64,000 nucleotides of DNA from Opitutaceae bacterium (lineage in GTDB: Bacteria; Verrucomicrobiota; Verrucomicrobiia; Opitutales; Opitutaceae), in NCBI GenBank assembly GCA_026125215.1, contig JAHCLN010000002.1:14896-78895 (forward strand), written 5' to 3'. The position numbers and the translations under genes are program-made. Shown in pieces: positions 9,251-16,726 of this stretch (its first letter is position 1; each line of letters starts with the position of its first letter). Under the pieces are notes generated by a model that saw nothing but the letters and a program-made list of their open reading frames with translations, was not told the origin of the DNA and searched no databases.

Positions 9251-10141
9251 TCAGGCGGGGTTCAGGGCGGCGTGCATGGCCGGCGCGGTGGTCGCGGCGG
9301 GGACGCCGCTCCAGATCTCGAGCGCTTTCGCTCCTTGGTGCACGAGCATGGCCAGACCGTTGGCGAAAGGCAGCCCGAGGGACTCGGCCGTGCGGAGGAG
9401 CGGCGTGCGCGGCGGGTTGTAGATCATGTCGAAGACGCAAGCGGGCCGGGGCAGCCGCGGCAAATCAATCGGCGCGGGGTCGGTTTCGCGCAGGCCGGCG
9501 GAGGTGGCGTTGATCACGATCGCGCCGGCGGGAAAGTCCGCGGGCGGGGCGTCCGGCGCGAAGCCGCGCACGGGGATCGGCCCGGCCACGGGACCCACGG
9601 CGGTTAGGAGGGTTGCCAGGTTGGCGGCGGTGCGGTTGGCGATCCACAGCGAGCGGCAGCTCCGCTGCAGGCACTCGACGGCCGCACCGCGCGCCGCTCC
9701 ACCCGCGCCGAGGAGCAGGATGTCCGCCCCGTGCAGGTCGCGGCCGAGGGTTTCGCGGATGGCGGCGGCCAGGCCGTAGCCGTCGGTGTTGAACCCCTGC
9801 CAGCCGGCGGCGGTGCGGCGCAGGGTGTTGACCGCGCCGACCGGTTGCGCGGCCGGATCGACCGCGGCGACCAGGTCGCGGGCGAGCACCTTGTGCGGCA
9901 CGGTGAGATTGAGGCCGTGGAAATTTTTGGCGTGCAGCAGCGCCAGCGCCTGCGGCAGGTCGGCCGGCGGCACGTCGAACCGGAAGTAGCGCCACGTGGC
10001 GTAGGCCGGCTGCGTGCGGGCCAGTTCCGCGAGCGCGGCGTTGTGCATCGGCGGGCTGAGCGAGTGTTTGATCGGGTGGCCTAGCACCGCCAGCGCCGTG
10101 CCGGCAAAGGACCAGTGCGCCAGGTCGGCGAGCGTGTGCAC
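9251..10141 (-). CDS. aroE: shikimate dehydrogenase
   Basis: GHPIKHSLSPPMHNAA substrate motif and GAGGAARGAA NADP motif. GTG start. Confidence 0.85.
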   Translation of the reverse strand: MHTLADLAHWSFAGTALAVLGHPIKHSLSPPMHNAALAELARTQPAYATWRYFRFDVPPADLPQALALLHAKNFHGLNLTVPHKVLARDLVAAVDPAAQPVGAVNTLRRTAAGWQGFNTDGYGLAAAIRETLGRDLHGADILLLGAGGAARGAAVECLQRSCRSLWIANRTAANLATLLTAVGPVAGPIPVRGFAPDAPPADFPAGAIVINATSAGLRETDPAPIDLPRLPRPACVFDMIYNPPRTPLLRTAESLGLPFANGLAMLVHQGAKALEIWSGVPAATTAPAMHAALNPA

Positions 10142-10146
10142 GGCGG

Positions 10147-10235
10147 AATTTTCGATTTTTGATTTCAGATTTTCGATTGAAACAGCGGCACGCGGGTTGC
10201 GCCAAATCGAAAATCGGAAATCAAAAACCGAAAAT
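10147..10235. repeat. AT-rich imperfect inverted repeat (about 31-nt arms, about 26-nt spacer); each arm is built from four TTTTYGA-like units
   Basis: Left arm aattttcgatttttgatttcagattttcgatt, right arm aatcgaaaatcggaaatcaaaaaccgaaaat. The right arm overlaps the upstream gene's stop codon. The left arm ends 5 nt from the aroE GTG. Confidence 0.7.
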
Positions 10236-11101
10236 CACGTGGCGTGCCGCTCGTGGGTGGATTCGAACTCCTCGACGAATCCCGCAAAAAGCCGGGCGCG
10301 GACCGGATCACCCGCGGCGTGGTAGTGGTTCACAAGGTTGCGGCAGCAACGGCAGAGCACCTCGCGCACGGGGGAGGGGGCGAGGTCGGTGATCTTGAGC
10401 TCGAGGCGGTTGGCCCGGAGCAGGTCGAAGATCTCGTCGGCGTCGCGGAAGAGGCCCTTGTCGAAAGGGTCGATGAAAAACGGCGTGGCTTCGAGGAAGC
10501 ACCCCACAAGGAAATGCCCGGGCATGCCGACCGGCTCCAACTCCAGTTCCAGCCGCTCGGCGACGAGCAGGTAGAGGATGCTCAGGGAGACGGGGATGCC
10601 TTTGCGGCGTTCCAGCACGCGGTCGAGGAAGCTGTTTTGCGGATCGGTGTAGTGCTCGAGGTTGCCGTGAAACCCCCATTCGTGGAACAGCACGCGGTTG
10701 ATGATGCGGCATTTTTCGCGCGGCGTGGCGGGCTCGGAAATGAGTTCGCGGCAGCGGCCGGCGATGCCGTCGAGCGCGGCGCAGCAGGCGCCGATGTCGA
10801 GCCGCGGCTGCACGGTGCGGCTGAGGAGAAACGCGCCGGTTTCGAGCTCGTAGTTCAGGGAGCGGATGAAACCGCGGAATTCGGCAACGGGGTCGCTGAA
10901 CCGGAGCTCGTCGAGATACCAGGCGGCGTGGCGGGCCAGAATCCGGTGCGGGCTGCGCGCCACCTCCTGGAGGAAACGCTGGGCCGGTTCGCCGAGGGTT
11001 TGGAAATGGGCCAGCAGGGCCTGGCGGACGGTGATGCCCGGATCGTCGAGCAATCCCAGAAACGCCTCCCGCTGGCCGGCACTCAGCACTTTCGTCTCCA
11101 C
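10235..11101 (-). CDS. SirB1/UPF0162-like transglutaminase-like plus TPR protein
   Basis: 288 aa. Resembles the YchA/SirB1 family (RKGIPVSLSILYLLVAERL, GMPGHFLV). Confidence 0.6.
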   Translation of the reverse strand: METKVLSAGQREAFLGLLDDPGITVRQALLAHFQTLGEPAQRFLQEVARSPHRILARHAAWYLDELRFSDPVAEFRGFIRSLNYELETGAFLLSRTVQPRLDIGACCAALDGIAGRCRELISEPATPREKCRIINRVLFHEWGFHGNLEHYTDPQNSFLDRVLERRKGIPVSLSILYLLVAERLELELEPVGMPGHFLVGCFLEATPFFIDPFDKGLFRDADEIFDLLRANRLELKITDLAPSPVREVLCRCCRNLVNHYHAAGDPVRARLFAGFVEEFESTHERHAT

Positions 11102-11161
11102 GCCCGGAACCGAAAGTGATTCCGGCGGCGAGGCAATCCGTAAACGGCGCCGGCGGATTTT

Positions 11162-11857
11162 TTACCGTTCCCCGAACAGGGCGGTGCCCACGCGCACCAG
11201 CGTGCTGCCGGCGGCGATCGCGGCGTCGAGATCGCCGCTCATGCCCATGGAGAGCTCGCGCAAGGGGGCGCCGGTCTGTGCGGCGAGCCGGTCGCGGATC
11301 TCGCGCAGGTGGGCGAAGGTGCGCGCCGCCACCGCGGGATCGTCCGCCAGCGGCGCGATGGTCATCAGCCCGTCCACGCGGAGATGGGGTTTGGCCAGCG
11401 CGGCGTCGAGCAGCCGCGGGGCGTCCGCCGGCTCGGCGCCGAATTTCGCAGGGTCGTGGCCGGCGTTGATCTGAAGGAGAACGGGGAGCGTTTTGCCGAG
11501 TTCCCCCGCCGCCCGGTCGAGCTGGTTGAGCAGTTTTTCGCTGTCCACGCTCTGCACGCGGTCGAAATGGGCTGCGGCGAGCTTCGCCTTGTTGGACTGG
11601 AGGTGGCCGATCAGCTCCCAGGCGATCGGGGCGGCGCACTGCGCACGCTTCTCCACGCCTTCCTGCACGCGGTTTTCGCCCACCGCGCGCAGGCCGTAGC
11701 GTGCGGCAAATTCCGCGGCGGCGGCCGCGTGGGTCTTGGTCACGGCGAGCAGCTCCACCTCCGCCGGATCGCGGCCGGCCCGGGCGCAGGCGGCGGCGAT
11801 TTGCGCCCGCACGGCATCAGCCCGGCTTTTGAATTCCTCGTAGGTGATCATTAACAA
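11162..11857 (-). CDS. yggS: YggS-family pyridoxal-phosphate homeostasis protein
   Basis: 231 aa. Motifs LLAVTKTH (PLP lysine), IGHLQSNK and MGMSGD. Confidence 0.9.
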   Translation of the reverse strand: MLMITYEEFKSRADAVRAQIAAACARAGRDPAEVELLAVTKTHAAAAAEFAARYGLRAVGENRVQEGVEKRAQCAAPIAWELIGHLQSNKAKLAAAHFDRVQSVDSEKLLNQLDRAAGELGKTLPVLLQINAGHDPAKFGAEPADAPRLLDAALAKPHLRVDGLMTIAPLADDPAVAARTFAHLREIRDRLAAQTGAPLRELSMGMSGDLDAAIAAGSTLVRVGTALFGER

Positions 11858-11918
11858 CGGGGCTTATGGGTTTGCCATATGATTAGGAATGTTTATGTCA
11901 GGAGGAAACCGCAAAGTC

Positions 11919-12818
11919 ATGCAAATCGAGAACTTCAAGATATTCGCCGACCTGGTCGAGACGAAGAGTTTTTCAAAGTCGGCCAAGCTCAACGGCATCA
12001 CGCAGTCGGCCGTGAGCCAGCAGGCCCGGGCGATGGAGCGGCATTTCAAGACCCTGCTGATCGACCGCAGCCAGAAGCAGTTTCAGCTCACGCGCGAAGG
12101 CCAGCGGGTTTACGAGGCGGCGAAGGAAATGCTGCACACCTATGACAAGCTCCTGAGCGAGCTGCAGGAGATGAAGAAGGTGATCAGCGGGACGATCCGC
12201 ATCTCGACGATCTATTCCATCGGGCTCCACGAGCTGCCGCCCTTCATCAAGAAGTTCCTGCACGACTACCCCTCGGTCAACGTGCGCGTGGAATACCGGC
12301 GCTCCAACCTCGTTTACGAGGACATCCTGCACAACAGCGTGGATTTCGGCCTGGTGGCCTTCCCGGTGAAGCACCGGCAGATCGAGGCCCTGGCCTTCCG
12401 CAACGACCACCTGGTGCTCATCGCGCATCCGAACCACCCGCTGGCGAAGAAGACCGAGATCGACCTCAAGGAGCTGGCGGGCCAGCGGTTCATCGGCTTC
12501 GACCCCGACATCCCCACGCGCAAAGCGGTGGACCAGATCTTCCGCGACAACAAGCTGGAGATCGAGCCGGTGATGGAGTTCGACAACATCGAGACGGTGA
12601 AGCGGGCGGTCGAGATCGACCACGGCATCGCGATTGTGCCGATGGCGACGGTGCAGCAGGAGATCGCGCAGGGCTCGCTCAAGGCGGTGCGTTTCAAGAG
12701 CAAGGACTTCACGCGGCCGCTGGCCATCCTGCATCGGAAGGGCCGCGTGCTCACCCCGGCGATGAAGAAGTTCATCGAGGTCCTGGGCCTGGCGCTGCCC
12801 GGCACGGACCACAAGTGA
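11919..12818 (+). CDS. LysR-family transcriptional regulator
   Basis: N-terminal HTH FKIFADLVETKSFSKSAKLNGITQSAVSQQ. Divergent from yggS. Start MQIENF has GGAGGA upstream. Confidence 0.85.
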   Translation: MQIENFKIFADLVETKSFSKSAKLNGITQSAVSQQARAMERHFKTLLIDRSQKQFQLTREGQRVYEAAKEMLHTYDKLLSELQEMKKVISGTIRISTIYSIGLHELPPFIKKFLHDYPSVNVRVEYRRSNLVYEDILHNSVDFGLVAFPVKHRQIEALAFRNDHLVLIAHPNHPLAKKTEIDLKELAGQRFIGFDPDIPTRKAVDQIFRDNKLEIEPVMEFDNIETVKRAVEIDHGIAIVPMATVQQEIAQGSLKAVRFKSKDFTRPLAILHRKGRVLTPAMKKFIEVLGLALPGTDHK

Positions 12819-12888
12819 GGCGGCGGGCGCCGATTAAGCATTGAGGGCGTAGGGCGGGGCGGCCCATTGTGCGCGGCCTTTTCCCGTC

Positions 12889-13773
12889 ATGCAGTTTCCC
12901 GCCTATCTGTTCATCCCGCTGGTCTGTGCGCTGCTCTATGTGGTGAGCATGCTCGCGCTGAAGCGGGCGGGGGACTTCGGCGTGGGGGTGTGGCGGACGA
13001 CCTTCATCGCGAACTGGGCGAGCGCCCTGATTTTTCTGCCGCTGTGGTTTTGGCAGGGTCCGGCTTCCGTGCCCCTGGCGGCCTACGGGCAGCCGGCGGT
13101 GGTGGCGGTGATCTTCCTGCTCGGGCAGGTGACGATGTTTCTGGCGATCACGCGCGGCGACGTGTCGGTGGCGGCGCCGGTGATGGGGGTGAAGGTGATC
13201 CTGGTTGCGTTGCTGAGCAGCCTGCTGCGGGTGGGCGAGGTGCCGCTGGCGTGGTGGATCGGGGCGGGGTTGAGCACGCTCGGCGTGGGCCTGTTGAATT
13301 TTGGCGGCGGCGGTGCGCACCGGCGGGTGGGCGGCACGGTGGCGCTCACGGCGTTGAGCGCCGCGCTGTATTCGCTGAGCGATGTGCTGGTGCAGAAATG
13401 GGCGCCGGCCTGGGGCGCGGGCAATTTCTTTCCGCCGATGTTCCTGCTGGTGGGTATCTATTCTTTCGGGCTGCTGGCTTTTGCCCGCGGGGGACTGCGC
13501 GGCCTCCAACCCGGCGCCTGGCGCTGGGTGGGCATTGGCGCGGGCTGCAACGCGCTGACCAACGGCGGCATTGCGCTGACGCTGGGCATCTGGGGCAACG
13601 CGACGGCGGTGAACATCGTTTACAGCACCCGCGGGCTTTTCAGCGTGATCATCGTGTGGTGGGTGGGCCATTGGTTCACCAGTTTGGAGCAGCACGCGGG
13701 CCGCGGTGTCCTGCTCACCCGGCTGGCCGGGGCGCTGGCGATGCTGGCGGCGGTCGCGCTGGTGCTGCGGTGA
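12889..13773 (+). CDS. EamA/DMT-superfamily transporter-like membrane protein
   Basis: 294 aa, about 10 hydrophobic segments in two similar halves. Confidence 0.55.
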   Translation: MQFPAYLFIPLVCALLYVVSMLALKRAGDFGVGVWRTTFIANWASALIFLPLWFWQGPASVPLAAYGQPAVVAVIFLLGQVTMFLAITRGDVSVAAPVMGVKVILVALLSSLLRVGEVPLAWWIGAGLSTLGVGLLNFGGGGAHRRVGGTVALTALSAALYSLSDVLVQKWAPAWGAGNFFPPMFLLVGIYSFGLLAFARGGLRGLQPGAWRWVGIGAGCNALTNGGIALTLGIWGNATAVNIVYSTRGLFSVIIVWWVGHWFTSLEQHAGRGVLLTRLAGALAMLAAVALVLR

Positions 13774-13809
13774 GTTTTCTTTGCCCAGAATTGGAGGCAG
13801 GAAGGTTTG

Positions 13810-13909
13810 GCCCTCCTTCGCGTGAAGCTACGGAGGGCTTGTGGTCTGAATTGCGCGCAATTCAGACCACAAGAGGGGAGCCGGCGATTACCCCTAACGC
13901 CGGCTCCCC
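13810..13909. repeat. three consecutive hairpins between convergent genes, including a perfect 30-nt palindrome
   Basis: H1 gccctcc...ggagggc (13810-13838). H2 gtggtctgaattgcg/cgcaattcagaccac (13841-13870). H3 ggggagccggcg-attacccctaa-cgccggctcccc (13875-13909). Confidence 0.7.
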
Positions 13910-14019
13910 ATGGCTTGCTGTTTTACCGGTCGGTCAGGACCGGGCGGCGTCCGTCCATGTCCGAACGGCGCCACTGCCGGTGAACAGAGCACTGTCCGTG
14001 CCAATCCCGGCGCGGCTTT

Positions 14020-15630
14020 TCAGGGCCGGTTCCACGGCGGCTGGGTGTCGGTCTTGAACCGGGTGAGCTGGGCGAGTTCGTCGGCGATCTCGCGGTCGCT
14101 GCGGCAGCGGGGCATCTTGTTTTGGCCGCCCCATTTGCCCCGGCTGCGCATCCATTGCTCGAAAACCCCGGGCATCACCAGGCGCACGGAGGGGGCGTCC
14201 ATGCCGCCGCCGCGGCGCTTGGCCTCGTAGTCCTCGTTCAACCGCTGCAGTTCCACATCGAGTTCGGCGGCGAGCAGCGGGCCGGTGGGGGTGGCGACCG
14301 TGCCGGGCCGCAGTTCGATCCACCATTCGTGCCGGCCGCGGGTCTGGCCGGTGAGGGAATTTGCGAACACGGGGGCAACGTGAAAGTTGACGATCGTCCA
14401 GCCGTGGCGCTGGCAGACGTTGAGCAGGCTGTCGGTGACCTCCTTCTCGATCACATGTTCGCCAAAGGCGCTCAGCTGCAGGCGGGTGCGGCCGACGTAG
14501 ATCAGCCGGTGCGGTGCGGTGTCGGTGAAACGCACCACGTCGCCGATGACGTAGCGGGTGAGCCCGGCCGGCGTGGTGAGCAGCAGCACGTAGTCCACGC
14601 CGGAGCGGACGCCGGCCAGCGGCACCGCCTTGGGGCCGAGCTCGGCCAGCCGGTTTTCGTCGTAGTCGGCGAGGGGCAGGAATTCATAGAACACGCCCGC
14701 GTCGGCGATGAGCCGCAGGCCTTGGGAACTTTCCGCATCCTGGGCGGCGATGAAGGCCTCGGAAGCGGGATAGACCTCGTGGAAATTGACGCCGTGGCCG
14801 CAGGCCAGCCGGAGCTCGTCGGCAAAGGGCGTGATCGGCACGCCGCCGTGGACGAGGCACTCGAGGTTGGGCCAGACGGCGCGCAGATGGGTGGGCCGGG
14901 CCTTGCCGTCCGCGGCCCGCTGCATCACCGCCGCCGCCAGGATGAGCAGCCAGCCGGGGATGCCGGCGAGCAGGGTGATGTCGCGCCGGTGGGTGCGTTC
15001 CGCGATGGCGGTGATCTTGGCGGGCCAGTCTTCCAGCTGGGCGATCGCGGCACCGGGTTCATAGAGGTGGCGTTCGGCCCAGCCGGGCAGGTTGAGTGCG
15101 GTGATGCCGCTGAGATCACCGGAGAAGGCGGGGGCGGGGGCGTCCGGCAGCGGGGCCAGGGTGGTGGCGCCGCCGAGAAACAGATGCCGGCCGCGGAACA
15201 CGCCGGCGTGGCCGACGCGGGCGGTGTAGTAAAAGAGCGAGGCCAGCCCGGCCCGGCGGAAGTGCCGCAGCATGTCCTCGGTGACGGGCAGATATTTGGT
15301 GCGGCCCGCGGTGGTGCCGGAGGAGACGGCAAAGAAGGCACACCGCCCGGGCCAGAGCACGTCGGGCTCGCCGCGTTTCATGCGCTCGATGTCCGGCGCA
15401 AAGTGCTCGTAGGTGCGCAGCGGCACGCGGCGGCTGAAGTCGGCGTGGCGCTGGCCACCCGCCAGGCCGAGGCGTCGCCCCTGTTCCGTGGCGGCCAGCC
15501 GGGGCAGCAGTCGGGCGAGGGTCTTTTCCTGGGCGGGCACGGCGGCTCCGGTGCGGCGCAGTTTCGCCGCCGTGCGCACCGTCAGCAGGCTCGCACCGAG
15601 CGTAACCAGACTTTTGGGCAGGACCGGCAT
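14020..15630 (-). CDS. GH3 (auxin-responsive promoter) family acyl-adenylate-forming enzyme
   Basis: 536 aa. Motifs FFAVSSGTTAGRTKYLPVT, RVPLRTYEHFAPDIERM and GEPDVLWPG are typical of bacterial GH3-family proteins. Confidence 0.8.
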   Translation of the reverse strand: MPVLPKSLVTLGASLLTVRTAAKLRRTGAAVPAQEKTLARLLPRLAATEQGRRLGLAGGQRHADFSRRVPLRTYEHFAPDIERMKRGEPDVLWPGRCAFFAVSSGTTAGRTKYLPVTEDMLRHFRRAGLASLFYYTARVGHAGVFRGRHLFLGGATTLAPLPDAPAPAFSGDLSGITALNLPGWAERHLYEPGAAIAQLEDWPAKITAIAERTHRRDITLLAGIPGWLLILAAAVMQRAADGKARPTHLRAVWPNLECLVHGGVPITPFADELRLACGHGVNFHEVYPASEAFIAAQDAESSQGLRLIADAGVFYEFLPLADYDENRLAELGPKAVPLAGVRSGVDYVLLLTTPAGLTRYVIGDVVRFTDTAPHRLIYVGRTRLQLSAFGEHVIEKEVTDSLLNVCQRHGWTIVNFHVAPVFANSLTGQTRGRHEWWIELRPGTVATPTGPLLAAELDVELQRLNEDYEAKRRGGGMDAPSVRLVMPGVFEQWMRSRGKWGGQNKMPRCRSDREIADELAQLTRFKTDTQPPWNRP

Positions 15631-15937
15631 GGCGACCCCGGAGGGATGCGCCCGAGCGAGCCGGGGCGGGCGGGGGGTCGCAAGCGTATTTGCGCCGCGC
15701 GGCCAACCTTACCGGATTTTAGCCCGTGGTAAAAAGTTGTGATGACGGGGAGGAAATTGAAGCCGTGGAAGATCAGCGAGGCGTGCTGCACCGGGGCGAG
15801 GTTCAGGGCGGGCATGTTGCCAGCGGAAGATCGCACCGGCGAACGCGCAAAGCCAAAGCCGCGCCGTCACGGCGAATTTGCCCGGCCGAAACATCGGCGT
15901 GACTTTCCCGCCGCTTTGGCGTTCCAACTTGGCGCAC

Positions 15938-16726
15938 ATGCCCCTGCCTCCGGTCATTTATGAGGACGACGCGCTCCTGGTCTTTGACAAGCCCAGCGGC
16001 CTGCTCGTCGCGCCCGACCGCTGGGACAAACAGCGGGAGAACCTGATGGGGCTAGTCCATGCGCAGCTGGGCCGCCAGGTGGCGAATGTCCACCGGCTCG
16101 ATGCCGACACGAGCGGGCTGCTGCTCTGCACGAAGACCAAACCCGCGCTCGATTTCGTGAGCGGCCAGTTCCAGTCCAAGACCGTCGCCAAGGTGTATCA
16201 CGCGCTGGTGGCCGTGTTGCCCGGGGAACGCGCGATGAAGGTCGTGGCGCCGGTGCGCGCCGCGGCGGGCGGGCTGCCGGAGACTTTTGCGGTGGACCTC
16301 GCGCTCGGGCCGGACGAGCGCCAGCCGGGCCGCATGCGCATCTTCAAGGGCCGGGGCGGCAAGTCCTGCCGCACGGAGTTCCGCGTGCTGGAGAACTTCG
16401 GGCGCTTCGCCTTCGTCGAGTGCCGCCCGCTGACGGGCCGCACGCACCAGCTCCGCGTCCATCTCGCCGCGATCGGCGCACCCATCCTCAACGATGTCTT
16501 CTACGGCGACCCCACGGTGGAGCTGAAGCTCTCGGACCTGAAGCGCGGCTACAAGGGCCGGGCCGAGGAAAAGCCGCTGGTGGCGCGGCTGGCGCTGCAC
16601 GCGAGCGAGCTGACGCTCACCCATCCCGTGACGCGGGAGCCGCTCACGCTGCGTTCGCCCCTGCCGCACGAGTTCGAGATCGCGCTCAAATATCTGCGCA
16701 AATTCCCGTCGCGCGGCCGGCGCTGA
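15938..16726 (+). CDS. RluA-family pseudouridine synthase
   Basis: HRLDADTSGLLL catalytic motif. Start set to MPLPPVIYEDD. Confidence 0.85.
   Translation: MPLPPVIYEDDALLVFDKPSGLLVAPDRWDKQRENLMGLVHAQLGRQVANVHRLDADTSGLLLCTKTKPALDFVSGQFQSKTVAKVYHALVAVLPGERAMKVVAPVRAAAGGLPETFAVDLALGPDERQPGRMRIFKGRGGKSCRTEFRVLENFGRFAFVECRPLTGRTHQLRVHLAAIGAPILNDVFYGDPTVELKLSDLKRGYKGRAEEKPLVARLALHASELTLTHPVTREPLTLRSPLPHEFEIALKYLRKFPSRGRR

Noticed and set aside
11102-11161. Small hairpins (ccggaa/ttccgg and aatccg/cggatt plus T-run) between yggS and the SirB1-like gene.
   Set aside because: The stems are short (6 bp). The T-run is on the strand with no gene to terminate. Probably fortuitous.
12867-14057. Very long antisense or overlapping ORFs throughout the window. 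Examples: 12867-14057 +, 14122-15732 +, 16549-18885 -, 19838-22093 -, 23236-25632 -, 44543-46600 -, 53767-55614 -, 56065-58635 -, 62533-63924 -.
   Set aside because: They are Arg/Gly/Pro/Ala-rich low-complexity translations typical of non-coding frames in high-GC DNA. Each fully overlaps a gene with clear family motifs on the other strand or in another frame.
15709-15894. Possible small membrane-protein gene on the minus strand upstream of the GH3 gene. MFRPGKFAVTARLWLCAFAGAIFRWQH appears in one frame and ALNLAPVQHASLIFHGFNFLPVITTFYHGLKSGK in another.
   Set aside because: The protein-like stretches lie in two different frames, so a frameshift would have to be invoked. No RBS or family signature is visible, and high-GC DNA produces many spurious ORFs. 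Not reported as a feature.
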